Source: Ramazzottius varieornatus (taxonomy: Eukaryota > Animalia > Tardigrada). Taken from it: a stretch of DNA of 64,000 nucleotides. The position numbers and the translations under genes were made by a program. The stretch covers positions 2,090,827 through 2,154,826 of the forward strand of contig BDGG01000006.1 in assembly GCA_001949185.1 (NCBI GenBank), read 5' to 3'. How positions within the stretch are numbered: the first letter of the stretch is position 1; each line of letters opens with the position of its first letter. The notes beneath the pieces were generated by a model. The model saw only the letters and a program-made list of their open reading frames with translations. It did no database searches and was not told the DNA's origin. Of the stretch, positions 1 to 13,358 are shown one piece after another.

Positions 1-2703
1 CTCAATGTTGCAAGTCAGCTCAAGAGTGCACATCGAACAAAACGCTGTTGCAAAACTGCGGGAGGTGGAACTGGAGACTAACCTTCACACACCAGGAAGA
101 GCGAACCTGATACTGAAGGACTATCACCATGCCGGAAAATCAGAGCACCTCCAACGAGAAAGAAAAATTTCCTCCAGAGTGGCTGCAAAAAATGGCTGCG
201 GAGAGCTCATCTTTTCTCTTCCCCAATGCTCTTATAGTACAGCCACGAAAACGATGCCGAAAACGTGACTGAAGTACCGTGCTCGTATGGGTGGATAACC
301 TGATCAGAAACTCCGAGGTTCGAAGCCAGTTGAGATTTTTGAAAATCTTCGTCGGGGGAGTAACAGGTCATACTTCCGCACCTGATAGTTTTACTCCCAG
401 CTTTCCTATTTCACTCCTGACAGTTTTAGTATTACTCTCAGTTTAACTCTCGGAAGTAAAACTGTAACTGAAGAAAAGAGTGAATCGAATCTACTCTAGA
501 GTATAACTAAATACAGCACTGGCAAGCGACAAGCACATGTACATACCACCCGAGCTGAACACTGGTGCGTGACTAATCTGGTAACTTACAATGGGACGCG
601 ACAAGCACATGTATACGCCACCTGGTATGCGTGAATTGACGCAGGCATTGCAGCACACTTTGGACGATTTCTGGATTTTCTTCTCGTCTCCTAGTATCCT
701 ATTGTCTGCCTTGCTTTCCCTCATTTGTCCTGGAGCACGTAAGTGACCAGCCTGCACGGAAGTCACCAGAGGATGTCTGGTGGATCACCGGCTGCCTGAC
801 TGACTTTATTTTAGGTTGAAGCCCGGTGATGGCTTGTCCGGTTTCTCCCGTCATCGCTTTCTCCCGTCATTCGTTTCCTGTCTTCTCGTTCCCTTTTCTC
901 CCGATTATGTTCGCTGAGGTAAGTGATCCGCCTTCATGGAAGGCACCGTGGAGTATACGGTGAATCTTTGGCTACCTGACTCGGTTCTTTCAGGTTAGCC
1001 GACGGTGCCCAGTGTTAGCGTGCCTACATACTCCTGCCGTCTTCTGCTGGGTGTTTGTGTCTTCCTGGACCCAGTGTCGTCTTCCCTTCAGGTCGTCCCC
1101 GTCTTCCGCAGTTCCTTCGTAGTCTGCCTGGAAAACCTAAAGATGGGATCCACCTTCCTGTGTTATCCTTTTCCTCTTGGTGTGGTCTTAATATACGTAT
1201 TTACTTTTTAGTAAAATGTGACGTCGTCAGTTCTGATGGGCGTGTCCGTGTGTTCCTGCCTCCTTCAATCAGGTTTGAAATCGTGTTCCCACTGATATGA
1301 TATTAGCGTGTTACACAGCTGTAAAACTAGTACTCAAATGACCCTGCTATCGTTTAAGAGATTTATTGAAACCCCAATCGTGTCTGGCGAAGGCGGGGTT
1401 CGACGGCACGTAGCGATAAATCACGTTGGGACGATCGCAGCTACACAAATAATATTGGAAGGTAACCGGAACGATGATTCTGCTGACAAAAAAACATCTG
1501 CGACAGTAGTTGGAGGCACTTGAAAGCACCTGGACCCATAGGCATCTCGGTTCGACGCTTCAGCTTCCACGTTCGGACTGTGAGTTCACCAGTTTTAGGG
1601 CTGTTGATGCGAAAAGAAAGACCGTGATCGCGGTCTGCAAAGTTGAATGATGTCTGTCCATAAAATATTTGTGGCAATGAAATGTCCAGAAATATCTTCA
1701 TTTCAAATTCATAAACACAAGTGGCAGCACCTGCAGAACAGCGGCCCCGTTCCTAGCAGGCCAAAGTCGGAACCTGCCAAGCCCATGCTTAACACTACCA
1801 GTGCGATAGGGTGCAAACGATCCAAATGCCGCACTTCTCGCCAGAGTTCTTGCACGAGTACGGGCTTGATATCAAGCGTATTAGCATGATACTTTTTGCT
1901 TTAGTCAGATAAATCCTTTTGCATGTGGTGAAAAGTATTGGACAAGGGCTGAACAAACCAGAAACGTTCAGCAATCAGCAATAAGTGGTTCGCGGAGGGA
2001 AGATTTCGTCTCCTTCCCTTGGAGAAGTTTCCTAGGTCTTATCGAGCTGTGGAACTCTATGCGAATAATCTAGCGCATGAGAGAAATATATTCTCTTTTC
2101 CTTGCTGGGGTCAAACTGGACCAGCGGGGTCTGCTGATCGCATAAAAAATCAAACTGACCATAAGCGCGGAGCTATGACGCGATCAGCTGGCGCAAGGTA
2201 GCTCGGCCTCGTTTTACGTCAGTCGAACCGCGCATTCTGTCACTGGCCAACCTGAGCTCCACCCTTCCCTTCCTTTCACTCAGTAAAATCTCTAGGATCT
2301 TTTGAACCCCATGACTCATTTCTCACACAAAGAAACTTGGTACAAGGAGCGAAGCCTTACTTTTCTAACCAGTATACTTTGCTGGGTCAAATTCTGCAGG
2401 TGGTGGGGTCATGTGTATTGTTCAGCTGATATAACTTTTACCGCCATAAGGACTGAGCAAGAGTTAGCAAAGTTTAGCCGTTCCGATTTCGATAGAAGTG
2501 ATGGGAACCCTCAGTCTGCACCTACCACGCAGACACTCTATTTCTACTGTCAGCGTCACATGCGACTGAACCACTTGGCAAAATTTCTACCTGTGTGACA
2601 AAACAGGAAAGCATCGGCTTTATTTTGACAGAATCAAAAAAATCCTTCTAGGCTTTCTTAGCCTGCGGCTTTCCAACAGAAACCGCAATTATCTTTTTCG
2701 GTA

Positions 2704-2900
2704 CACGCAGGACGAGAAATTATGGTACAGTAAAAGTTATGGTACAGGTCTTTTCGCTACGGCGGTACGGAAACATGTACGTAGGCGACCGGTTCAAACC
2801 AAGGCACTTTTCGACACTTTTCTACGGTCGAACTTCTATTTTGCCGTCCTTCCCGCCTGTCCCATAATTTTTACTGTACCATAATTTCTGGTCTTGCGTG
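2704..2900. mobile_element. MITE, family A copy 1 (197 bp, TA target duplication)
   Basis: Terminal inverted repeats CACGCAGGACGAGAAATTATGGTACAGTAAAA / TTTTACTGTACCATAATTTCTGGTCTTGCGTG with TA on both sides; close copy in opposite orientation at 26455-26651. Confidence 0.9.
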
Positions 2901-2909
2901 TACAGGCAT

Positions 2910-5290
2910 CGCCTTGGCTCTCGACTTGGCAGTAGAGGCTGATGGTTCCCTTCTCTGCGCAAAGGTAGTCTTAGCTGGTGCCTTGCTCCGCGTTGCTCTG
3001 GTTTTTGAACGGTATTCTTCACGGCCGGCCACCGGAGAATCTTTGATCGGTTGTGGTGCGGGTAGGTCGCTTGCTATCTCTGCTGCAACCTGCTTGGCGG
3101 TCTTTCGATGTTACTTTGGTGGAGGTGCACAAGGGTTAGTGATCAGGCCCTCTTCGACGACGTTGTCGTCAGTAGCACTTTTCCTCTATCGCTTGGATGT
3201 TCCGCTTGCTGTTCCTCAAACCTTCAACTTTCTGCTTCTTTTCAATCGCATCTTTTTTGTGCTGATGTAAGTGCTCTCGGTCAGAACTCTATCATTGTAA
3301 ACATCCAAACGTGAGGAGCACTGCGGAGCACGTTTTTATGGAATTTCAAGGCGACGACTGAGCCCACCGACTCTCCTGCCATGAGGTTTTTGATTTCCAA
3401 CAGGCAGCTGGTTGTCTTGTCTTCGTTTAGACCGATCTCTTCACGAACAATCTTGGCGATGTCGGCGAAACTCGTCGCTTTCGACTTCCACTTCTTCAAC
3501 GATTGCCAAGTGGAGATTCACTGTACGTCTTAGCAGTTCAGCGTTGAGTGGCAGAATTCCTGTCTGGCGAAATCCCTCCTTCATAGATCCACCCGGAAGG
3601 AAGACACTCAGTAGGGCAACCGTCACATGGCAAGTATATTTGGTATGTTTGGAATGTCGGCAAATAAACTTGACAAGATTGTTCTCCCCAGTGGCGCACG
3701 CTGTTGGCCGATAGCGCTAAAGCATGCGCCACTTGGGAAAACGACCCAATCGGTTTTGTTTACCGAGCTTCCATTTCGCTATTTATCAAGTTCTGGTTAC
3801 TTCTTGATCGCAAACAGCTAAATAATCAAGGGTAACCGTGGCTGGTGAAGGCTCACCAATATTAAACGAGGACAGCGGGAAATCCGGATTCCAGAGTTTG
3901 ACGAGATGAGCAAGGAAGATATGGCGAGACATCTGAACTGTTACAACCGTACCGTCAGACTTCTGTTACCGTTATGGAATCGCGAAAAAAAGAACGATTT
4001 CTGTCTATCAACATCGATGGATGTGTCAACCCTGGAATCACGAAGATACATCTGTCAGTTTGCTTCACCCCTCCGAACACCCCTTTATCCGATGGCTGTA
4101 GGAAAGCTGTTTGTCCAAAAGGAAGTACTACTACTCGTATTTCCTTCTCGTGCTCCATACAGGCCAGAAGAAAAGCGGAACAGTTCGGATGAGAAAGATG
4201 TCCGTCGAAAAACAGTACGTTGTGTGAAAGAACGAATCTAACAGGGTTAACCTTGACCCTACTCAATCAAAACGAGACGAAAGGCTCATAAAACGAACAG
4301 ATGTATTATTGTCTACAACTGGTACAAAGATTACTTTAGAACAAGTGATGGATGACGGGAATTCTTTCTCGCGGAATTTGGTCAAAACCTCCGTGTCCAT
4401 CATGCCCGAATTCGTGCAAACGTTCCGAGACATCGTGAATGTCCTGGAAGTGCGATTCAACTTGTAGAAGATCAAGGGGTGAAGCATTTTCCCGGCTTCA
4501 TTCCCCGTGGCCAAAAGGGAAATGTTCTCTCGATCACTTTTGGTACCTTTCACGCAGGCGACCGTTTCCTTCACGCCTCTTTCCACGTATATCCTGTCGT
4601 ACACTTGCGCCAGCTGAAATCCCTATTCATACAAGTTTCATATCCCGTTAGGATCATCAAAAAGTCCATCGTCACTCAGCTTCTGTAACAGTGAAATCCA
4701 TACTGCACAGCACGCCTTTGTCCACTCACCCAATTCCTTGAATCTCAACGCGTTGAATATTCTTGGGGATATCTCCCGGTTTCTGCGAAGAAACTTCTGG
4801 TGCCATCGACTCGTAAAATTGGCTCTGTCCATGCTTGAAAAGAGAACCGAGCTAACAAGGGTATCCTACTGTTCGACCGGGAGTTGGATATTACAGCATT
4901 TTACGGTTAGAATCGTGGTTACGCCATGTGAAACGTTTGGAACTCTGAAGATCATGGCGGACGCTCCTCGAACTCCCACACCTCTCAGGACTCATCTTTT
5001 TATTCACAGCTGGATTCCCAAGAACAGTTTTGGTCGGTCAAGTGGTTACTTCAGGCAGCCATCGCAGCTATCAACTCGATAGATCTAAACAAAGAAACAA
5101 AGAACAACACATGCAGACACCGCACTAGTCTAAATTGCAAAAGATGCCGGCCAATTGAGACGACGTCATCGCTGGGAACTTGCTCCTTCTCCAGTTGCGT
5201 ATACACTGTACAATGCAATGCCGCTTCGCCACCCAAACCACGAAATAGAGGGATAACATAAAGAAATCAATCGGGGTGAATGGTCCATCC
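2910..5290 (-). mobile_element. Decayed pogo/Tigger-type (CENP-B HTH + DDE_1) transposase remnant
   Basis: Collinear minus-strand fragments: WHQKFLRRNREIS (CENP-B HTH), RENISLLATGNEAGKMLHPLIFYK, VLFFDGHLSH, LPFGQTAFLQPSDKGVFGGVK and EGFRQTGILPLN (DDE_1 motifs), then a Lys-rich tail; many stops and frameshifts; boundaries approximate. Confidence 0.85.
3651..3772. repeat. Palindromic repeat/MITE, family B (one AGTGGCGCAC...TGCGCCACT hairpin unit)
   Basis: TCGGCAAATAAACTTGACAAGATTGTTCTCCCCAGTGGCGCAC closely matches the left end of 25181-25374; imperfect inverted ends. Confidence 0.75.
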
Positions 5291-5332
5291 GCAAGAAAGC
5301 ATTTGGCAACCTGTAACAGAATTCAACCAGTA

Positions 5333-5798
5333 CACGCACGGCGGGTAGTTATGAAACACTAAAAAGTATGGGGCAGGCGGAAAGGACGGCAAATTTACAG
5401 CCTGAATCCGAGCCAGAAATGAAAATTGAGCATATGACGTAACGCAGTAACATTTAACCGTAGAAAATTTTCATGGACAGTGCCCATCAGCCGATCAGCT
5501 GTTTGACTCTTGCGCTTCGAGGCTGCGGATTGTTCCTTCACTTTCTTTCAGAGACGCTCTCGAATCCATATCATTCCTGTAAGCGTTTTCCCATAATGTC
5601 CCAACCCTTCAAGACCAAGCGACCTCGACGGTACACCGAAAGTCTTGAAGAACGCGCTTTCTGCTATTCAGCATGTGCGTACAGCAAAGCAGCCTTCAGT
5701 GCTGGTTTTTACTTGTAGGAAGAATCACCTGCCCGTGCCGCCGTAGCGAAAAGGCCTGTCCCACAATTTTTAGTGTCCATATTTACCCCCCGTGCGTG
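5333..5798 (+). mobile_element. Internally deleted pogo-like element related to MITE family A (466 bp)
   Basis: TA-CACGCACGGCGGGTA...TACCCCCCGTGCGTG-TA ends; shares subterminal GGCGGAAAGGACGGCAAA and CCGCCGTAGCGAAAAGGCCTGT with family A; internal MSQPFKTKRPRRYTESLEERAF resembles a transposase N-terminal (psq-type) HTH start. Confidence 0.8.
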
Positions 5799-6329
5799 TA
5801 CCAACACCATCCTCGACAAGTTACCCCGTACGAATCCACATCCACCCTTCTTTAGCCAGGCAGTCAGCATCTTCTTCAGCAGTTAAGATTTCAATGGCCG
5901 CACTGCTCCCGATACTAGGAGAGTCTCAGCGTGTCTTCGAAGAAAAAGTCCCAAAAGAAGAGGACCAAACAAAGCGAACGCCCAGACTTCTGAAAACAAA
6001 TCAATTTTTTATACGGTGCCGAACATGGTGGAATTACGAATCAGAAAGCCGGATCGCTAGAAATAACAACAGAAATCATCGAAATTGACCCAAGAGGCCA
6101 TAGTGCGTCATGCAGCATAATGCATATGCCTAGTGCCTACCCCGCAAGGAGCAACGTGTACGTACTATAGGGGTAAATGTGCATTTGCCTTTGCAACAGA
6201 TGCGCACGCCGACCTAGCTCGCTTGCGCAAATGCACGCGTAAACCAGGAAAATGATCAGCTAAGCATCGGAAATGCCGCTCCTTTCTGCACGTTTCCTAT
6301 TAGAACCTAGCTAGACAGTTTTTGATTGT

Positions 6330-9300
6330 CTTGGAGGACAGCGGTAATCGCAGTTATATTCCAGATACTTTACGGTAGTTACCGTACGCGCGTACAGCAC
6401 AGCGGGAACGTCCCGCTGCAGGTATTTCAATTATCACTTCACCCAGTTGTGAAGTTTTTATCAACTTCATACGCACACTGAGGAAATCTTTCGTATACTC
6501 GATATTTCCAATGGTAAGTCCACACGTACCGTTCACATGAGTAAACTCCGAAACTCTCATGAACCCGAAGAAGGCCAAAGTACATGCTGACCATAACATG
6601 TGCTTGTCTGGAAAACTCAAAGATGAGTCGCGTAGCAGGTCTTTCAGTTTCCTTGATACGTCAACTGTGATGGGTTCTCTGCTGCTGCGTTGATCGACTA
6701 CAGATCGATTTCAACCTTTCATGATCATTCGGAGTCTCACATCATCAGTTGAGGGGTATCCGTATCCCTCTATTACATGTTGTGATCGTACCGAGGAGAT
6801 GTATACTTTTGCAGCTACCAGACTCAGCCGTTTACAGTACAGATGCAGCGAATCGCTGGATGGTTTCTTTAGTTGAAGGAATGAAGCCTTCGGAGTATTT
6901 CAAGTAGAAAGACAAGTAGTTTCGTAGTCCAACATTGTATACTCTTCGGGTGGACGCTGCAAGGGTCTATCTGCGAGCCATCGCGAAACACTGTCGAATC
7001 CTCCGACCGCGGAACATGATCTGACTGCAGTGCTCGTTTCAGAAATTCGAGATCGCAATCGACTTTCACTGGCTCTTCTAGGGCTGTCGGGTGTAGTGAT
7101 CGGAACTGTTTCCAATTGCATCTAGGAACGGAATCCGCAATCGAGCTATCCAAACCGGCTATATATTTGATGCGTAAGTTGAAATTAGTCCTAGCTGCTA
7201 TGGAATGCATCTGACGTATCAGCTCCATGACGCCATTATGCGGAGTTGACAGGTTCCGCAACGCCGAGACCACAGCCATATTGTCCGAATGGAACAATAG
7301 CCTTTTCTTTTGCCAGTTTACCCCTAAACAACACAAGCTATATAAAATGGCAACATTTCGAATAAAGCAATAGGAGGTTGGGTCTCACCAAGTCACGCAC
7401 GCCACGGCAAGAAAAACAACTCGTTGCCAAACACAGCATCACAACCAATAGATCCAGCTGCATCTGTAAACAAATCGACGTTGCTGACGTTTCATCAGGT
7501 TGAAGAAAACTGCATTTCCCATTCCACCCTGGTAAGAGCCTCTGCCACCACTCTATGTCTAGCTTGAAATCCTTCGTCAACTTGACTTTGTCGTGACTGT
7601 CGCGAGCTCGATTTGCAAGTGCGATGAAACGACGAAGGAACATTCAACCAGCTGGCAAACATTTAGTGGCGAAGCTGAGTTTGCCAATCAAACTCTGGAG
7701 CTCGTTCTTCGTTGCGCGAGGTTTCCGATGGAAAACGGTCAGCTCATCCATTAACTCCTTGACTTTGCCTTCTGGAACAGCTATCGTTTGTTTGACGGTG
7801 TCGAGTTCTATGCCGAGAAACGTTAGCTTCGTGGTAGGACCGTCAGTTTTTTCTTCGGCTATTAGCACCCCCAGGTAGTTGCAGAAATAACGAAAGAGAT
7901 TGAGAACTCGCTGACAATCAGGATCGTCAGGTGGACCGGCCTCCCAAAAATCATCAATAGGATGTGGATTATGTTTGACGTGACCATAATGTCTGGCGAA
8001 CCACTCAAGCAGCTTAGACATGTCGTCAAACAATGCTGGTGAAAAACGTCCACCGAAAGGTAGAACCACGTCGAAATAATACTTCCCGACCATCTTAAAA
8101 CAGAGGTAATGCCAGTCATCCAAGTGAACCGGGATGAATCTGAACGCTCTCTTAAAGTCTACTTTTGCCATCAGGGCACCCGGGCCATATTCGCTCAGAA
8201 CCCGAGTAGCGTCGTTCACCCTAGTGAAAGTGCGACTATAGTCGGCCCGATACACGAAGTCATTGACGGATTGCTTTTCGGGACGTGATAGGTCCATTAT
8301 TAAGCGCGAACCACCATTCTTCTTCGCTCGTACTCCAATAGAAGAAACAATACTATTTGCGAACGGCGGCTCATCAAAAGGTCCTACTGTATGCTTGGCG
8401 GCAACCTCCTTGGCGACATATTTCCTTAGTATGTGAATGAAATCGAATGCTGTTCGAGCGTTTGACGTTTCGCGAGGAAACTCAGGACCGCGATAACCAA
8501 TGTGAAATCCATTTGTCAGCCCATCCACAAAGTACGTAACGAAATCCTGATCGGGGTATTCTTCTAACAACAACGCAAAGCGTTCGGGTATCAAAGGAGT
8601 GAAGGCTTCAGCCAGTATCATTATCGGGACAGGTATCACGTCGGTGGCCCCTCTGCATACATGTATCGCAAATGTGAATTTGACGTTGTAAACAAGGTTC
8701 GCCACAACTACCATCATCCCAAAGAATGCATGGCATATCTGTTCGTAAACGAGGTCCATAATTACTCCTAACCAAACCTGTACTCGTGCTGCCAACTGTT
8801 TGGGCTCGGAGTTCTTTGTTCCAGAAGCGTTACCAGCTCTATGGCCGGTATCACTCGGGAGGCGCGCAGTACCTCGATGCTGCGAACCACGATCGCTTTC
8901 CGTGCGTCGGCGGTCATCGTAAGTCCCAGTTTGTCGCGTGGAAGGAGCTGGGCAATGAACAGCGATGTGACCGTACTGATTGCAGTTGTAGCCCTTGGTC
9001 TCTCTGGAAACGGACGAGGTTAGCAGTACCACCCGGGTGTTACCGTGAACCACCGCGGCTTTTATGTCCGGGTCTTCTCGACACCATTCGAGATCAGTCG
9101 AACCGGTATGCTTCATTTTCATTCGGAAACGTTGATCGTACTCGAGCCACAAGTTCGCAGAGCTCATCTGGCCGGCGAGGCCATTGATAATCCCGTTGTA
9201 GGTTAACAACTTGGGGTACAAGTCGGGATGGTAGTATCCGCGATAGGAAGAAAAAATGACGAGGGCCTCCAACCAGGTAGTGACACTGTCGATCTTTCGT

Positions 9301-10055
9301 TTCCGATCCTTACCCGCGTACTTCAGACAAGCGCCAGCAAATATTGCTGAGGAGAGAATGAACGTCAGAGGACACGTCCAGGTCATAATTCTGCGGTAGG
9401 ATCATTTCAAGATTAACGAGTGCGCGGCGGTCCCGGATAAGTTTGTTGATGGCGTCGGAAATTGGCTCAAAATTGAAAGAACGACCAGGTGGAGCGAGCT
9501 TTGAAATAACAACCATAACCGTAGGTGAATCTGAGATAGCAATCGTCTCCACCGGCTGGCGTACGGACCTTGCAACTGATAAGGGAGCCCATCGGAAACA
9601 GTAGCTGTAGTCTCGGCTGGCGCCACTACTTGTTTACCGGCACCGCGGGACGCACTCATCTGACTAGTTAGAGCAGTAAGCGCAGTGAGAGCTTGGTCGA
9701 ACTTATCTTCCAGAGAGTTCCTCGTATTGGATCCATCAGCGATTTGAGTTTGTTCGCGTTGTCCGGAGGATGAACGATGCGCGGCCTTTCTCTTCACACC
9801 AGCCTTGACGCGGGACCGAGTAACAGGCGGAGTGGCCCGCGAGGCTGGAGTCAGATTACTCATGTTCGTCACAAGAACAGAACCAGAGTACAGGAACACA
9901 GCGTAAGAAACAGGACCAAAACAGCAAGAAACAGAACCAAAACAGAGTAAAACCGATCTTCCTCTCAACGCGCACACAGCAATGAGACGTTCTTCCTTTC
10001 TCTCCACCATACTTGTTTGTACACATGACAGCCGTGCTTGAGACTGCTTGATCAC
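6330..10055 (-). mobile_element. Decayed DIRS/Ngaro-type tyrosine-recombinase retrotransposon (gag, RT, RNase H, truncated YR)
   Basis: gag with YNCNQYGHIAVHC knuckle; RT motifs RLIMDLS, AKVDFKRAFRFIPV, VLPFGGRFSPALF, degenerate PIDDF, LTFLGIELDT, ELQSLIGKLSF; RNase H DIEWWQRLLPGWNG, HSDNMAVV, IADSVPR; YR MLWSACTLAFFGFMRVSEFT; stops and frameshifts throughout; YR C-terminus missing. Confidence 0.92.
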
Positions 10056-12404
10056 TGTATCCTTTTCTCGCTTCCTCTCAAAGTCCGCCAGTTACGTCAG
10101 CCTAAGAACTACTCAAAACGCTGATTACGAGATGCTGTAAATGCAGATTGTACACCTAATGGCGTAAATCTATATTATATTCCGGCCTGCGTCAGGAATG
10201 CAAAGTTTCTTCAACAGGTCGATCATCAATAGGGCAGCATGCCAATGATTGCAACAAGCTTGGAAAGAATTATTGGTCTGTAAACGAGGTGTTCACCAGA
10301 TTTAGACCTATCGTTAAGTCAATCTGCATTTTTTGCCGGTGTAGTTCTAACCTTTGAACCCAGTTTTGAGGCTGGAGTTTACGGGATGCATCTCTTCCGG
10401 TGGTTATGGTTACCGTTGATTAATGCTACTTAACCACGTGACCGCCGGAAGGTATGCTTTTTGTACACTGTAGCTTCGCTGGTTTCGCAGACCAGCTAAC
10501 CCAGTTGAGTAGCTAGATGTGTAGCAGCAAGATTATCAACAGCTTCTGTTTCCATTAACTACAGATCATCCTAATCGGGTCGATATTTCCGTATTATCTC
10601 GTGACCCTCTAAATACCGCGGACTTATGGTCAGCTTTCGCGCGTAAAAGCCTGTAATTGACCAGCTTGCAGCCAATAACAGCTTATATCGTTTCTGCATA
10701 CCATCAAGCTTATCTGACCCTATGTCAAAGAATCTTCCGTGTATCAGCTGTTGTGAAAGACGCAACTGGTGGTAATTACCAGTCATACATCTTCTCACAG
10801 ATAACATTGCCGAAATTAGTCTCAATTATGGATTAGCAGTACAAACAGATCATTTCGGGACCAGACCAATGTGTCGATAATTTCGGACAGATTCAACTCA
10901 TTTAGAGTTAGATTTTGTAGCTCAATTTTATACAGTTCCAGTTTTACAAAACATAGGTGCTTTTTCCTTGGAACTCAGTAAAAGCAAACCGTCACGTAAT
11001 TGAGACAGCTTTCATTCGTTCCAGTCGGCGGAATGAATTGATTCATTCGAGTGGTCCTACCGATCATAAAAGTTTGCATCGTGCAGACGAGAAGTTTTAT
11101 GGAGTCGTTCATTCAGTTCGTTTTTGTATTGCCGTCACTGTATTACAAATGCCTGAATGAATCTATATAAATCGGCTAGTGGGTGTTGATGAGTGGCAAA
11201 ACGGCGAGGAAGGTGGGTGCATCCTCTTCAAAAGAGTCTCGTCAAAGTGAGAGAATAGGTAGCAATCAGAGAAGGCTGTTATAGGCTGAATAGAAGAGAT
11301 AATTATCGGTCAGTGTTGTGTTTGGATATACAAACTTTAACACGTCGCTTGGTCAGTTGTCCCAACATAATGATATGCTTGGCTACCTGTCCAATGGTCA
11401 CCGCAGGAAGTCCCCTTCTGGCACCCATCTCCGCACACCATCAGCGTTGATGGATGAAAAGAAGCTGAAGGACGACACTGTTACAGTATACCGTAGCTGC
11501 AGGATACGGCTGTGTGTTGCTGTCTGGAGCAAACGATGGCCGCTGAGAGCTGTAACTGGACGCCGGCAGCAGATGCCCTTTGTCCTTCGCACCCATTGCG
11601 GTGCCGTAAACATCACCGGCTGTCAATATTTCGCCAGGTTCAATCACTGGGATCATATTATATGCCAATGTCATTCACAATCAGTGCTCATACAAACAGA
11701 GCTGTAAGAGCTCCTTAACGTGTGCAACGTTATGAAAATCGAGTAGAAAAAGGTTAATGTGAGTTGGCGCTACCAGTCTGAAAAGATGACCTTGACATAA
11801 CAGAGAGAAACAGTTCTGAACGGAACTGAATTCAGAAGCGCAGTTGCTGAATCGACGCAGCTTGCTTTCCTTTTGATATCTTCTTAGAATATTTTCTATA
11901 ATTGTATTCTCTTACTTTCCGGACGTGTATTTTATTGGAGTCGATGAGGCAAAATCGGGCTCGGATAAGGACAGAAAATTCATCGGACTTTTGAGTTCAC
12001 CCTGATGTTTACGAGGTTCAAGCAAATTCTGAAGTCAGAGGCCAAACTTTGTGTGGCTACAACAGTGTGCCATTTACGTTGTTCAGGATTAAGTTTCAGG
12101 AAACAGTTCCGCTGCCGCATTCGCAGCTGCCGCATGCTATCTTGCTAATGTCTCACGTGTTGACAGTTGTCATTTGCTGCAGTGCATAAACGTCAGCCAT
12201 ACGATAACTTTACCGTCAACAGCCCATCAGCATAACGATTACTGCTGCGGGGTTATTTTATTGTAGAAGATAGTCTGTTACAGAAAGCATGTATCGTAAC
12301 AAGCAGTAATGATTGACCGCAAACGTGTAATAATAGTCGTAAGCAATGTATAAAACTTGACCCGACAATTAGGCATGGCCTCCAGGGATCAAAATAACAC
12401 GCAA

Positions 12405-13358
12405 TTATGCTGAACCCGGACTGAGTACTTTACAGTCATTATCAGGCAATGAATGAACCGGTGATACCTGCAAACGGGTATTATTGAAAAAAGGAGAAGA
12501 GTTCAGATTATGCAAGTTTTGTTCGGCCATTTGTCGCTCCCCGATTGCGCGGCTCAACGCAATCAACTTCTCACTCCAGCTCAAACCTTCCATATTCCCG
12601 TTCGTCAGAAACCCAGGAAAATTCGGTGGATGTTCAGGAAAGTAATTTGGATTACGTGGTTGAAGAAAGAAGCTGTGGTTGGGCTGTGGCATGAAAGGAT
12701 TCATCGGACGGCCGATATGAAATGGACTCAACGGTGGCATGAGTGAAGGAGGAAGGATGGAAGGACCCGATGGATAAAGAGGCCGATAACTGCACAAGCG
12801 ATGGCGGACAGAGGATGCAGTGGTTCGTCGACGCAGCTTGCCGCTTTGTTCACCGATGAAAACGTCGTTGCTGGAAGGATCCAGCATCCAGTAGTTTCCC
12901 TTTCCTGGGTCGTCGTAATGGCGTGGGACTTTGACAAAGCACTTGTTGAGGCTGAGGTTGTGTCGGATTGAGTTCTGCCAGCCTTGCTTGTTGTCGCGAT
13001 AATACGGGAAATTCTTCATGATAAATTCGTAAATACCGTTGAGGGTTAGTCGCTTCTCGGAGCTTTGTCGAATAGCCATCATGATCAGGGCGTTATAGCT
13101 GAAGGGAGGCTTCACATTCTTGTCGGCTTTGGGGTCTTTAGCGTCGGATTTCTTGTCCAACTCCTTCGGGGATGCTTCCTGATCTTCCTCTATGTCCACG
13201 TCACCGTTCTCGAATAGTTCTTTCTCGATAGAAGTAGAGCCGGTATTGGAGGAAAGGTCGCAGTTGGATTCACTGTCGGAATCCTGCTCGGTTTCGTCCC
13301 TGGTGATTTCAGGTAGCAGAGAACGAATGGAGAAATTAGTCGGGCCACAAGTCGCCAT
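12405..13358 (-). CDS. FoxG: Forkhead box G transcription factor (FoxG1/sloppy-paired family), single exon, about 317 aa
   Basis: Forkhead domain [17 protein letters not shown]...[35 protein letters not shown] followed by DVFIG..GKLRRR; N-terminal eh1 motif FSIRSLL just after the ATG at 13358. Confidence 0.96.
   Translation of the reverse strand: MATCGPTNFSIRSLLPEITRDETEQDSDSESNCDLSSNTGSTSIEKELFENGDVDIEEDQEASPKELDKKSDAKDPKADKNVKPPFSYNALIMMAIRQSSEKRLTLNGIYEFIMKNFPYYRDNKQGWQNSIRHNLSLNKCFVKVPRHYDDPGKGNYWMLDPSSNDVFIGEQSGKLRRRTTASSVRHRLCSYRPLYPSGPSILPPSLMPPLSPFHIGRPMNPFMPQPNHSFFLQPRNPNYFPEHPPNFPGFLTNGNMEGLSWSEKLIALSRAIGERQMAEQNLHNLNSSPFFNNTRLQVSPVHSLPDNDCKVLSPGSA

Noticed and set aside
527-625. 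Direct repeat GCGACAAGCACATGTA (two copies; similar motif near 41523)
   Set aside because: Too short to define an element or function
1-2600. Short ORFs possibly from a decayed retroelement
   Set aside because: No recognisable motif, LTR pair or primer-binding site
7644-9386. 580 aa gag-RT fusion ORF as a functional protein
   Set aside because: The RT catalytic motif is degraded (PIDDF), neighbouring ORFs are broken, and the gag zinc-finger end lies in another frame, so the fusion is most likely a product of decay
5800-10500. Split direct repeats or inverted termini of the DIRS/Ngaro element
   Set aside because: None found by eye; the 3' end appears truncated, so the subgroup cannot be fixed from structure
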